Shown piece after piece: positions 1-12,100 of a stretch of 64,000 nt of DNA. The notes beneath the pieces were generated by a model, which was given only the letters and a program-made list of their open reading frames with translations, was not told where the DNA came from and ran no database searches. Position 1 is the stretch's first letter, and the number at the start of each line of letters is the position of its first letter. A program made the translations under genes and the position numbers. The DNA is from Octopus vulgaris (Eukaryota): contig OX597815.1 of assembly GCA_951406725.2 (NCBI GenBank), forward strand, positions 174,592,001 to 174,656,000, given 5' to 3'.

Positions 1-3000
1 TAAATAAAAGTCTAAAATTATAAACAAACAATAAATAGTGATAGACATTCTGACTTAACAATGACCATCATGAGCAGTAACAAACGATGAAAGGCAAACA
101 ATTTACAAACATCAACCCCATCCAACCTGACAAGTTAGTGCTCATGCTGGACTAAAAGCTAAAAGGCTTGAAAAGTATCTTCAGTTTAGAATAAAAAATA
201 TTGACTACACAAGAATGCAAGAAAAGATATTTCAAGTAATATCATGTCCCTTCTTAAGATTTTTAAGAAGCCTTATATCTCAAGCAGAAGAGAAAAAAAC
301 ATGAAAAAATGTGCACAGATTTGTAGAAAACCTAAAGTACAAGAATTCTGAAAATTACATTAGAATTTCAAAAGCAACTCTGAAACAATATCTTTAAAGA
401 AAGTTACTGGCCTGTTCAACTACCAATTTAAATGTTTTAGTTCATATCATTAAAGGAGAAAGGAGTAATTTTTAAAATAACTAAAAGGCAAAAAACAAAA
501 GTTGGTGCAAAGCTAGATTGACTGCAACAATCAAACATAAGTGACCTCATTACCAGTAAATGGAAACATTTTTCAATAGAATGTTAAAGTAGAAAATGAA
601 AGGCATCAACTGGAAGAGACGAAAAATACAGGCTGAAGTTGAAATTAGGTAGAAACAGATATTCATGCAAAGAAACGGGTTGGCTGGCCAGCAGAACAAC
701 CATGTGTACATTATAGCATAAAGAATAGACTTTGATAAAGGCAGAAATGCTTCCTAGTATAACAGCAAGCAATATATCATTTAAGGCACCATCTTAAATG
801 TAATCTATTTAAGAATGACTGTTAAAATAAAACATTTCAGTTATGGAATCATCCTCATGAAAAAAAAAAAGCTAAAATAACCACAATATTGTTGAAGGTT
901 CTAAGGTAAGATATCATGTATTTTTTACACAAATAAAGTTTTGATATCTGATGTACAAATCTACCTTCAATGATGATATACAGAAAACAAAAAGTGTTGC
1001 TGCAAGAAGACTTTAGTGAATTATTCAACTCATAAATTAGAACCTTTTAACACCTTAAAGTTCTTATAAGGTTCAACACCAGTCATCACTATCAGTAGAT
1101 ATATTATTACAGGGCAGAAAATATCTGAATGCTATCAAAGTTATAAAATACAAAGAAAATTTAGCTAAACAGTTAAACAAAAGGAAGCATGTTCAATCCT
1201 TATTCAAAAATTTATTTCATTTAACAAAGTGCTTCCATTTTATTATAAGCTGCCTATAATTTAAATGACACTAACATGGTAGAAAATATCAACAAAAGAG
1301 GTGATATTTAGTAGATCAAAAAATTTCTCGGTACAATGATTCAGTTATAGTATACTCCAAATAGATAGCCATCAATTTACCTATTTTTTTCAACTATTTA
1401 TAATGTAATAATAAGGAATCAAAATATAATTAACATTGTAATTAATTTCAGATCTTAACAATAAAGATCTGTATGCCATATATTTCAGAATACTCAGCAG
1501 ATTCATCCAACTTCTTAATTATAAGTCATATCATTATTTTTTTAAAAAATAGCTTCAAAATTTTTTGTGAGATTAATATGCAGTTACCCAAAGGCTATTT
1601 AAGAAAACTTTGGAGGAAAATCACAATGTAGTAAAAACTCCCAATACAACTGAAGCTTAGATTTAAATCATTATTTCACTCTCTGATACAACAAAGCATT
1701 CTTTGGGAGTACTTAATAATTACACCAAGTGGACTTCTCAATTTTCAGAGAATACTAAATTGTTCATTTCTTATCAGTATATTTGTAATTTCTTCAATTC
1801 AAAGTCAAAAAAGTAAAATACATGAAATTTTACTTACATCTATTAGAGATGAAATACCATTTCATGTAGAAACAGATGATTCTCAAACTATCTCATGAAT
1901 ACTTTTACATCAAAAAACTACCTGTTACCTTTTTCTTAAAAACACTGACAACTAATGTAATTTTCCAAACATAAGGAAAGAAACCTTTGCTAATGTCAAT
2001 TTTATTTTCAAAGGTGAAATAATGTCTTACTTGGACATTACCTACTGCATACAGATGAACAGATCATTTCATATATTTTTCACAAACTGTTAAGATACTG
2101 AGATGATAATGGTTACGATAATAATGATTATGATAATAATAAAGCTAAAGATGCTCCTACTTTTGATGTCTAATCAACTCATGTTATTAGATAAATTACT
2201 AATTGTTTGGACTTTTTGGAGAAATCTGTTTTATTTCTTCAAAATCCTTCCTTATTTACATGACTATGATGTCAAACAAACCTGTACAAAGTATTATATT
2301 TGTGCTCTTTTAAAATCATGCTTCTCTCATCATACAATTCTTTGATAAAAGCAATACAATGTGTTAAGTTAGCATTTATTTAAAAGGTCATTTGCCATCT
2401 AATACCTCAAAACAAATAACTATTTGTAATTATTACTGAACTTCTTTTTTTCTTTTTCAAAACATCCATTTGCTTTCCTTTGTAAAGATTTGAGCGCAAC
2501 AATAGTTGTCTTTCTTCACTATTCTCTCTCATTTTTTCATGGAACTCCTGTGTAATCTTACAATTTGATAATTAAAAAATAAATTCAATTTTTCAAATGT
2601 CACCATCACCTTATCCTTAAATAAGAAGTAATAAGGCTGAACAATTAAATAGTACACTAAGGGAATATTAAACTTGATTATAAAATTAAAAAAAAAGAAC
2701 TTAAGCATAAAACAGGACCAACATTACAGGAAGATGTGCATTCAATCATATCCCTCATTCCCAGTCTAACAAAATACATCATTCTAAAGAAACTCATTAA
2801 GCAGAAAAGCGTTAATAGACTTTCTCAATGAAAATGTTTGGGATTTTATTATGCTGTTATAGCTTGTCAAGCAAATGTGATTATTTTGCAAAAGTTGAAC
2901 TAATGGATGTCCAACCTATTCCTTACTACATAAAACAGTAAGGAATCTGTCATGAAACTAATAACATTGGCCTGTTATCAATAGCAACAACTGTAAATAA

Positions 3001-3123
3001 ATTTTCTCATAATGAAAATTTAATGGTGAATGCAAAGATGAAGAGATTTATCATACAAAGGAGTTGACAGGAGGAAATCCTTACAGTCCATCATAAATTC
3101 AAGTAACAGATAATATTAAATTG

Positions 3124-3535
3124 TTAACCCTTTAACATTTAGATTATTCTGTTAAATATTCTGAGACCCCCTTCAGTCACGACACAGACCATGGAACTGC
3201 ACCTAGAAAGTTACCCTCCCAGGCACAAGTCCAGACAAGGTTGTTTATGGAAGACCAGCAGTTGCCCATGCATACCGGCCTCCCCTCTCCACGCCACCAG
3301 TGTTATCCAAGGGAAAGGCCGATACAGCTTGGCACCTGTTAAATATAATGCTTATTTATTAACACAGTTTTGAATTAATCATGCATTAGCTTGTTGCTTT
3401 GGGATTTCGATGATATGATTACATATTTTTAGAATGACATAGTTGGATAAGTATGAGGATCCAGATCTGGTTGATTCAAACATAAAACAAGGATATTTAG
3501 GCTGGATATGGCTGGTTTAAATGCTAAAGGGATAA
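3124..3535. mobile_element. piggyBac-like MITE (family A) interrupted by a SINE-like insertion at 3160-3335
   Basis: TTAA-CCCTTTAACATT...AATGCTAAAGGG-ATAA termini; the insertion is flanked by an 11-bp TSD CTGTTAAATAT (3149-3159, 3336-3346). Confidence 0.75.
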
Positions 3536-6500
3536 GATACTGATGTTCAACAATGGAACTAACAAGGATGATGATAATAATGCATGCATGCAAAACTTAA
3601 AACAGCAAAGATCTTGCAATGAAAAATAAAAAAAAATAAAAGGACAATAATGTTGAAATCAAAATGGAAAATGAAAGTGATAATGTATCTCTATCAACAT
3701 CACAAATCAGACTTGCCTTTCAGATATTATCAACAATCTTCTTATTGATTGCTTAATACTTGGTTGACCTAAAAGTTACATAATTTGCATTCACACATAT
3801 TCATACATGCATACATTTCTGTATAGTTATGTACACAAAAGAACACTTATGAGCATGTGTGTGCTAACATAAATACTGATGCATTGACATACACTTGTTA
3901 TGTTTTGAACTAGCTAGTTGCATACCACTTCTGCCCTGGCTCAACTGATACATCTATCTCTCCCATTTATATCACCTTTACTATGTCTTATCTTATACAC
4001 CCTGCACTAACCCCTTAGTCCAATCTTTCCTCCCAAGAATATTTATCTTTCAAAATTCCTTCCCCACCCATATTTCTCCAGCAGATGTCAACTTACAACA
4101 GTTCAAGATGAATGTAAACTATATTGATTTCACTATCCCAGAAAGCCTGCAAAAACCACTGGCATGGCCCCTTCAGTCTAAGCCAAAAGGAATTTATAAT
4201 TTCTTAACCAAATAAAATATACTGCTGGCATTTTTCAATTTTTAAAATCTGCTTTGTGTGTGTGTGTGTGCGCATGCACACACACACACACACACATATA
4301 TATATCAGTGGGTATTGTAGCAAGACTCTCAAAAATGTGCATAAAAGTTTATAGGCTTTTAATGATTTTCCAAAATTCAAAGAGAATAATAAGTTAGTTT
4401 CTTTCTTATACAGAGTTATACCCCACATTAGTTCCTTCGGATTGTTTTAACTTAATTGAAAGACTTTGCGATTGATAAAGAAGCTCGTTTGAATATTTTT
4501 ACAATAAAATCTCAAACTAGCAAGACAGGAGCAATTCACAATTTTCATTTTTACAAGATCCTCAAAGTTAACTTTTTTGATAATATTAGTTTCCATTAGA
4601 TATGTAGTTTTAATCTTTCTTCTTTTTTACCAGCCACAAAGACTAATTTTTGAGAGATAATATAATTAAGAATTAACCCCAGTATATCATCAATATTTAT
4701 TTCAGTAGCCTTCAAGAGATGAATGCTAAATTCAGTCAAAAGCAAGATATAAACACAGAACAGAGTGGCAAAACTAAATAATGCTAATACATTTTAACCA
4801 ACACTATTATTCCAGCCATTTACAACATTGATGTATTTCAATAAAACTTTTTTTCATTTCCATAAAATTCACAGCATATTATTTGGCAATAAATTAATTT
4901 CCATTTTGCCCTTTCAAACATTAAGTACCTTCCAATAAAATTAATGCTTTAATTAATTACAATGTTAACTTTATAACCATCTTGCCCAAAGGAATTAAAA
5001 GTAACAAAACAACAACTTTCCACAAACAGTTAAAACCAAGTAACTGACTAGTTAGAAAAACCAAAAGTAAAATAAAATAAAATAAAGTATTTTAAAAATA
5101 TAATTGGCTACCAAGATGATCTGCAAGGTTGCTTCAATTTTTTCAAAAATTCCATTTTAATGTAAGTTTTTCAAAAAAAAAAACTATATTTTTAAAAAAA
5201 TTACAATAGACTTCAACCTGTAAAACACTAAAACACAGAAGGTGTATGCCTGTTTTATGTCAAAATATTAGGGAACAATACAAATACTAAAAGAGGAACA
5301 CAATTTTCTGTAAATTTGAACAGTTATTCAAAAGAATATCAACAGCTTAACTAAATCACTAAGTAGATTTTCCAATAGAAGCAAATAAATATCTAGAATC
5401 AACTCATTGATTATTAAACTATTTCAAGTATATAACAACAAACTATTGCCAATGTAGAAACATTGCTGAGTAGTTAATAATTTTGCCTCTCACTCCTGAG
5501 GTTCTGGATTCTTTAACTGCAGACAAATGTCAACTACTATAATTTCGGGACAATCCAAGCCTTGACAGTGATATTGGATTGACAGAAACTGCATAGGAAC
5601 CTGTCAAATGGACTTTCAAAGACTCAGCTTTGTCATGCAACATTATGCAGAGTCTACCTGAAGAACACACTCAGGGTATAAGTGACTGAGGTATACTCAG
5701 CCACTTACACAATAATACACAAAGTAGTTCTAATGATTGAACAATTGGAAACCTCGTTCATCAAAACACACCCAAAAGTCATTTGTTCACCAATCATTAA
5801 ATCATATTTAACCATTTTCTTCTCTTCATTAAGTGTCATATGAATATATATTTTATTTCTTATTTTCATTAGAGACCAAACAGTTAACTTTCCATTTAGC
5901 TGTAAAATGCATAAAGTTGCTTCATTGCATCCCTATGTAGAAATTTAGTTCAAGAGAAACTATGCATTAAAGAATTTCTAAAAAGGAAATGAAAATATAT
6001 TTTCTAGCAATTTACAAGGACTGAAGATGAAAGCCCTTCTTTGTTTCCAGGCTCTCATAAGTCTTGGATAATAAAAGTATACAGACGCAAAGTCTGAATT
6101 GGAAATCATTAGACAAATGTGACATAGGACAGTGTCTATTACACTTACTTCAAAACACTCTTCTTAACAAAACTGAAGCAAAATAACATTAAATAGGAGA
6201 GCTTCAAGAAGAGAAGTGATGTCGAAGCTTTGCATACAATTCATTAATCAACTGGGACTATTTCAGAAAAAAATTATGGTGATTCTTTCATCACTATTTT
6301 GGTAAGTACAGTGAAGGCTACGCTTTGCTGATTAGATCATAAGAGCATGTCCGGAGTTATTTCCTGTACTTGCAAAAATCATCTAAATAACACTAGTCAT
6401 TAACTAATATTGTTTTTTTCTTCATAATTATTCACTACAATTATTTCTATTTAGCTTTTTAATGCTCCTTGCATTAAATATGTACACTAACTTAAGGCTA

Positions 6501-6782
6501 TTGAGAAAGTTCACTGATAAATCATTAGAAAACAAAAGTCACAAAATGAAAATGCAATAAAAAAAATTGTGTGATGATGTGAAAGAAAAACAAAGTGGAC
6601 TTATAGAGAAGGAAGCTAAGTGAAAAAATAAAAAAGAAGGATTGTAATAAAGTAATAGAAGGGAATTCAAACAATAATTGTTGCTAAGCCAGAAGTTGTC
6701 ACTATCTACTTGAAGACCTAGACTGTTCCATGAGAGGACTGGAGAAAATTGAAGCTATAATGGCTGCTAAAGTAAGTTACCA

Positions 6783-6952
6783 TCATCTACTGGTGCTACC
6801 TCCAAGACCTAGACTGTTCTGAGATGCCAAAGCTTTGTTGGAGTTCTTTTCAGCATGATAAATTCGAGAAACTTGTAGCAAGACAGGACCTGTTTCAGCA
6901 TCACTCAACCATTGATTTGCCGTCAAAGGACTCTCTAGCATCAAAATGAATG
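6783..6952 (-). CDS. UBAC1: UBAC1 exon 10 (last coding exon, STI1-like region plus tail)
   Basis: gttacag|CA TTC...; [56 protein letters not shown]; TGA at 6785-6783. Confidence 0.92.
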
Positions 6953-9087
6953 CTGTAACAAAAGAAATAACGACAATAATTAATAGATTTAATAAAATCT
7001 GAAATTAAGAATATAAAAAAAAACAATAGCAATATTTTATTTCTCAAAAAAGCAACAACTTCCCTTTTCAACTCAGTGCTCTACTTGCAAAATACAGATT
7101 CTCCCCCAAATAAATTAGCGATGAGCTGCATTGGCAAAAATCAGCGAATACGGTTTTAAAAATAAAATTAATTCATGTGTCATGAAAAGAACTGAATTCT
7201 AAAATTTCAGGAAGAGGCTTTTGCTGAAGGAATGAGATGGCTGCAAGAAGAATTTAAGAAAAGAGTAAGGGGAGCTGACCAAGTTACAAGTTAGAGTAAT
7301 AAAGCAAAAATAAATGGGAGGAATTAGAAAGATGTTTACCTATACAAGCACAACAAAACACATTATCTTTTTAACAGCCACTTTTTCATGTTTGTTTGAG
7401 TTGGTCAGAATTTGTTGAGGTAGATTTTCAACAGTCAAGATGCCCTTCCTGTCACCAACCCTCACCTGTTTCCAAGTAAAGTTATATTTTTCCCTTGGTT
7501 GGCCATGTCTGGAAATGAATGACTGCTAGTATGACAGTAACACTCATTTACAGCCATCATATAATGTCAAGAGAAGGCAATACCAACCCTCTTGCTCATA
7601 CATACGTATGTATGTACGTACATATGTACATACATACATACATACGAGCTTCATTTAGTTTCCATCAACCAAATCCACTCACAAGCCCTTGGTTGTCCTA
7701 AGGCTGTAGTAGAGAATACTTCCTCAAGGTACCATGAAATGGAACTGAACCCAGAACCATATGGTTCAGAAGCAAGCTTTTCAGTTACACATGTACTTAT
7801 GCAAATTAGTTGGTTAAAAGTGAAAAAAACAAAGATACAGAATAGTAAGTTACACATTGCCAACCACTTTGACTGCACCTACACCAACTTCATTTGCTGT
7901 ATATAAAGGACATATAGGACTCAGGGATGGTTACTTTTTGAGACTTTTTTTAAGTGCCTCATATGCCATCAAATATGATAATAAGCACATAAAATAACTT
8001 ATTAACAAAAGACTTACCTAATAAACATCTTGGATTATTCAGTCCCACTTGAATTATTGGATTTGACATAATGGCTTTATAGATTGGACCATTGACATCA
8101 AGTCCTTCATCAACATCACTTGGGACAGTCTTGCGATCACCTAGTAACCATTCACACTAAAAAAAATACAGGGAAAAAATGCTTTTTTTAAATTTTTAAA
8201 TCCTTCATGACTGTCATCACAACATATCTCAGTATCACCCAGGCATATTTTTATAACTTACATACAGTAAACCATCTAAACATTAACTCAGGTCTTTACC
8301 AATATTCATACTTGAGTTAACACCTTCAGCTGAATAACTAATAAAACAATATAATTTAAAATTTGGTGGTTTTTTTCTGCTGATATATATAAGATGAGTT
8401 TCAAAATTTAGATAATTTAGTAATTAGTAAGATTGATTACTTAAGGTAGAGGACTACTATAATATAGTTACTTCTGAAAGAAAAACACTATTCTATTGTC
8501 AATTACTTTATCTAATTAGATAAATTTGCAAAGACATCAATCCTTGTAAATATCTACCTCAACAACATATGCAAATTTTCAAACTGGTTAATATTTGCAT
8601 GGAATCTGACATATAATGTTTTATAAAATCTTTACACATCCATTTGTTTGTATATTTATTTGTAAGTAGTTTTACAAACAAGAGTACTCAAGACATTGTC
8701 TGTGGGAAGTATATAAGGTGAATTCAACATGTGCGACCATTAATCCAGGCACCTTTTTACCTCTCTTCATTCCTTTCTGTAGAAGAGTGTATGCTCAAAA
8801 TGTCAAAGACTTTTTCCATTTTTCCTAAGCATCAAACTAATACACCCTGTTTGTTGTTCCCTTACCTATCTCAGTCTTTTGTATCATTTTGAACCACATA
8901 TATATATATATGGCGATTTTTTTCCTCCGTCTTCCCTTCTTTGGATCTTTCCTTTTCTTATGTTTCTGACGAAGAGCTCCGCTCGAAACATTAAACCCTC
9001 CTTCTTTCCTGAGCGTCCAATAACACTATACTTGTTCCATGTCCTCACGTTGTTGTGTTTTCTCTTTGTGTTTTCATGTTTGGATTA

Positions 9088-9131
<44 letters not shown>

Positions 9132-12100
9132 CCTCGTCTGGCACCTGTGTCGGTGGCACATAAAAAACACCATCCGAGCGTGGCCGTTTGCCAGCCTCGT
9201 CTGGCACCTGTGTCGGTGGCACATAAAATCACCCACTACACTCTCGGAGTGGTTGGCGTTAGGAAGGGCATCCAGCTGTAGAAACACTGCCAGATCTGAC
9301 TGGACTGGTGCAGCTTTCGGGCTCCCCAGACCCCAGTTGAACCGTCCAACCCATGCTAGCATGGAAAGCGGACGTTAAATGATGATGATGATGATGATGA
9401 TATATATATATATATAATGTAGTAAATAAATATTTGATGCATCCCTTGTAAAGACATCAGAGTCTAAGTTTGAATCTTTTGAGCTACTAAGCGTCTTCTA
9501 TACAAAGAATCTCTAGTTCTCATCTGTAAACTATACACCTATTAGTTGGCTCTGAGCACTACATATAGATAACATTCATTGATAAGAAACTCTTGGGTAC
9601 ATCTATAAAGAATATTCCAATCCCACTGAGGGATCTCTACATTGATCTCTTACTACAGAAAACAATCAACTTCATCACTCATATGAGGTGGAAAGTTCTC
9701 TACTATAAGCTGAAATCCAATAATACAGCTAACTCTCCACATTTAATTATTCCACCTGTCATTTGTACTCTGTGTCAGTTGGACTTATTAATATAAATAT
9801 TTATATTATTTATACTTAAAAATTCATCATCTGAAAGACTCCATCTTTCTCTTGTTTTACATGTATACATCATCATCGTTTAACGGCTGTTTTCCATGCT
9901 AGCATGGGTTGGACGGTTCAACTGGGGTCTGGGAAGCCAGAAGGCTGCGCCAGGCCCAGTCTGATTTGGCAGTGTTTCTACAGCTGGATGCCCTTCCTAA
10001 CGCCAACCACTCCGTGAGTGTAGTAGGTGCTTTTTACATGCCACCTGCACAGGTGCCAGATGAGGCTGGCAAACGGCCACGATCGGATGGTGCTTTTATG
10101 TGCCACCAGCATGGGGGCCAGACGAGGCTGGCAACGGCCACAATTGGATGGTGCTTTTTACATGCCACCGGCACGATATATACATATTTTGTATTTCATA
10201 CCCAAACTAATATATTTAATGTATCTAATTACACCCACACACGTGTTTATATGTGTGTGTCCCAAAAAATGTATACATACTTTAAAAGCTAAAGATTCAA
10301 TTTTCATTTCTTTGATTTAGAAATAATGAAGAGATCTGGACTAAACCTTTGAACAAAGGAAATTTGTCCTAAAGTGCTACTGGAAGTTTGAAAATGCAGT
10401 TGAAGTGCAAAGACAATTTAGAAATGAGTGTCAAACTGATCCTCCTATGTGACTTACCATCACAAGAAATGTTCTGGATGCCTGCAGACATTGATATGCC
10501 TCACAAAGCAAGAAAGGGTACTAGAAACGTATTTTGTCAGAGTTCGAGAAAATCTGTGCAGCAAATAAGCTGTCAGCTACAAATTTCAAAATCAAGCACC
10601 CATTACATTTAAAGTACTCTCATTGGAAAAGTTACATTCCAGGAATAGACCATAATCTCAATGAAGATGAACCAAACCAGAGAGTGGAGTTTTGTGAGTG
10701 GTACATATGTAATCTATAACAAAAGTCTGTTCATTACAATAACTTTGCTCTAAGTTATCTTCAGCTCGCTCTTGTTTTTATATTATCCATAAACATTACA
10801 TATTTCAAAATCAAATATAAACTTACAGCTGTATCTTGATTGTTACCAGCCACACGGAGAGCACTGATAGCCTCAGCTTCTTCAAAACCCATTTCCATTA
10901 ATGTGAGCAGAGCCTGTCAAAAAAGAATATAAAACCTTCGTTCTTAACTATATTTAGTGGGTGAATGAATGATTGATCTTCCAAGTCCATCTTACTTTGT
11001 AGCAAAGGATGTAAGAAGAGAGAGAAAATGACAAAGTGGGTGTTAAAATAGGAAATTTAGCATGTGAAACTGAGCTAACATACAAAAGAATGTGTGGATT
11101 AATTAATGATTATATAAATGAAAAAAAAAACAATTTTAAAATAAAAGTAGTCTCAACCTTTTTATCCATCAATAAGAAATGTACATTCAGTCATTAACTT
11201 ATTTACTATGCAACAAGAAAAAGTATTCTAAACATCTTTAAAAATTAGCTCCATTACATAAAAGGGTATAAGTTCTGTCAGAACTGACATGTATATTTAA
11301 TCAAACTGCTTTTTAAGATTATTTGAAGTATGATATTTTCATTTCAATAATGACAATAGAACATTTAGTGAAAGCAAAGCTCAAGATTTAATGAATGAAT
11401 ATTTTAATAAATGAAGTATTTAAATACTAGCTTCAGGACAAAATTCCTATGTATTTAGCTTCAACATTGCACCATGACTCTCTCACTTGGGTGATATGAG
11501 TGATTTAGCTAACTCTATTTGATTAAAGCATTATGCCTTATTAAGGACATTAAGACAACCATCCTAGATAATGAAACATATTGGTGACTCACCCTCGGAT
11601 TTGGACGGAATTCTCTCTTTTTGAACCGTTTCAAAGAATTTATTAGACTATTTGCTTTTGCTGATTGGTTGGGGGTAGCAGCAGTGGCCCCTTCCTATGT
11701 AAGAAAACAAAGAATGCAATTTTCTACTAACATTCATTTATTTGATATTATTGTTGAAGAAAAAATAATTTTAAGATATCAGATTTTAAATTGTAAGTTA
11801 ATGGTGATGATGAGAACAATGTTGTGAAATGGCTGTAAAAGGAATGCTTAGCTAATAACCTCATGGTTATCAAGTGAAATCATATTACAGCCATAGATTT
11901 TGTGCCCCTTAACAAGAGACATAGTACTGCTTGTTAGAGTTTTGTCTGGGTGGAAAAAAATAGATGCCACACTAATTCATGGCTGAGTGGTTAGCAACAG
12001 GAAGGGCATATGGCAAAATAAATCAAATGTTTCAACAAATAAACCATCTCATCCATACATCTTCAAATATTTCTAACAGGCAACACTGACAATAGATTGT

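Noticed and set aside
6775-6785. UBAC1 TGA as a selenocysteine or readthrough site
   Set aside because: It is followed by TGG TAA, so readthrough would add only two residues, and I recognised no SECIS element.
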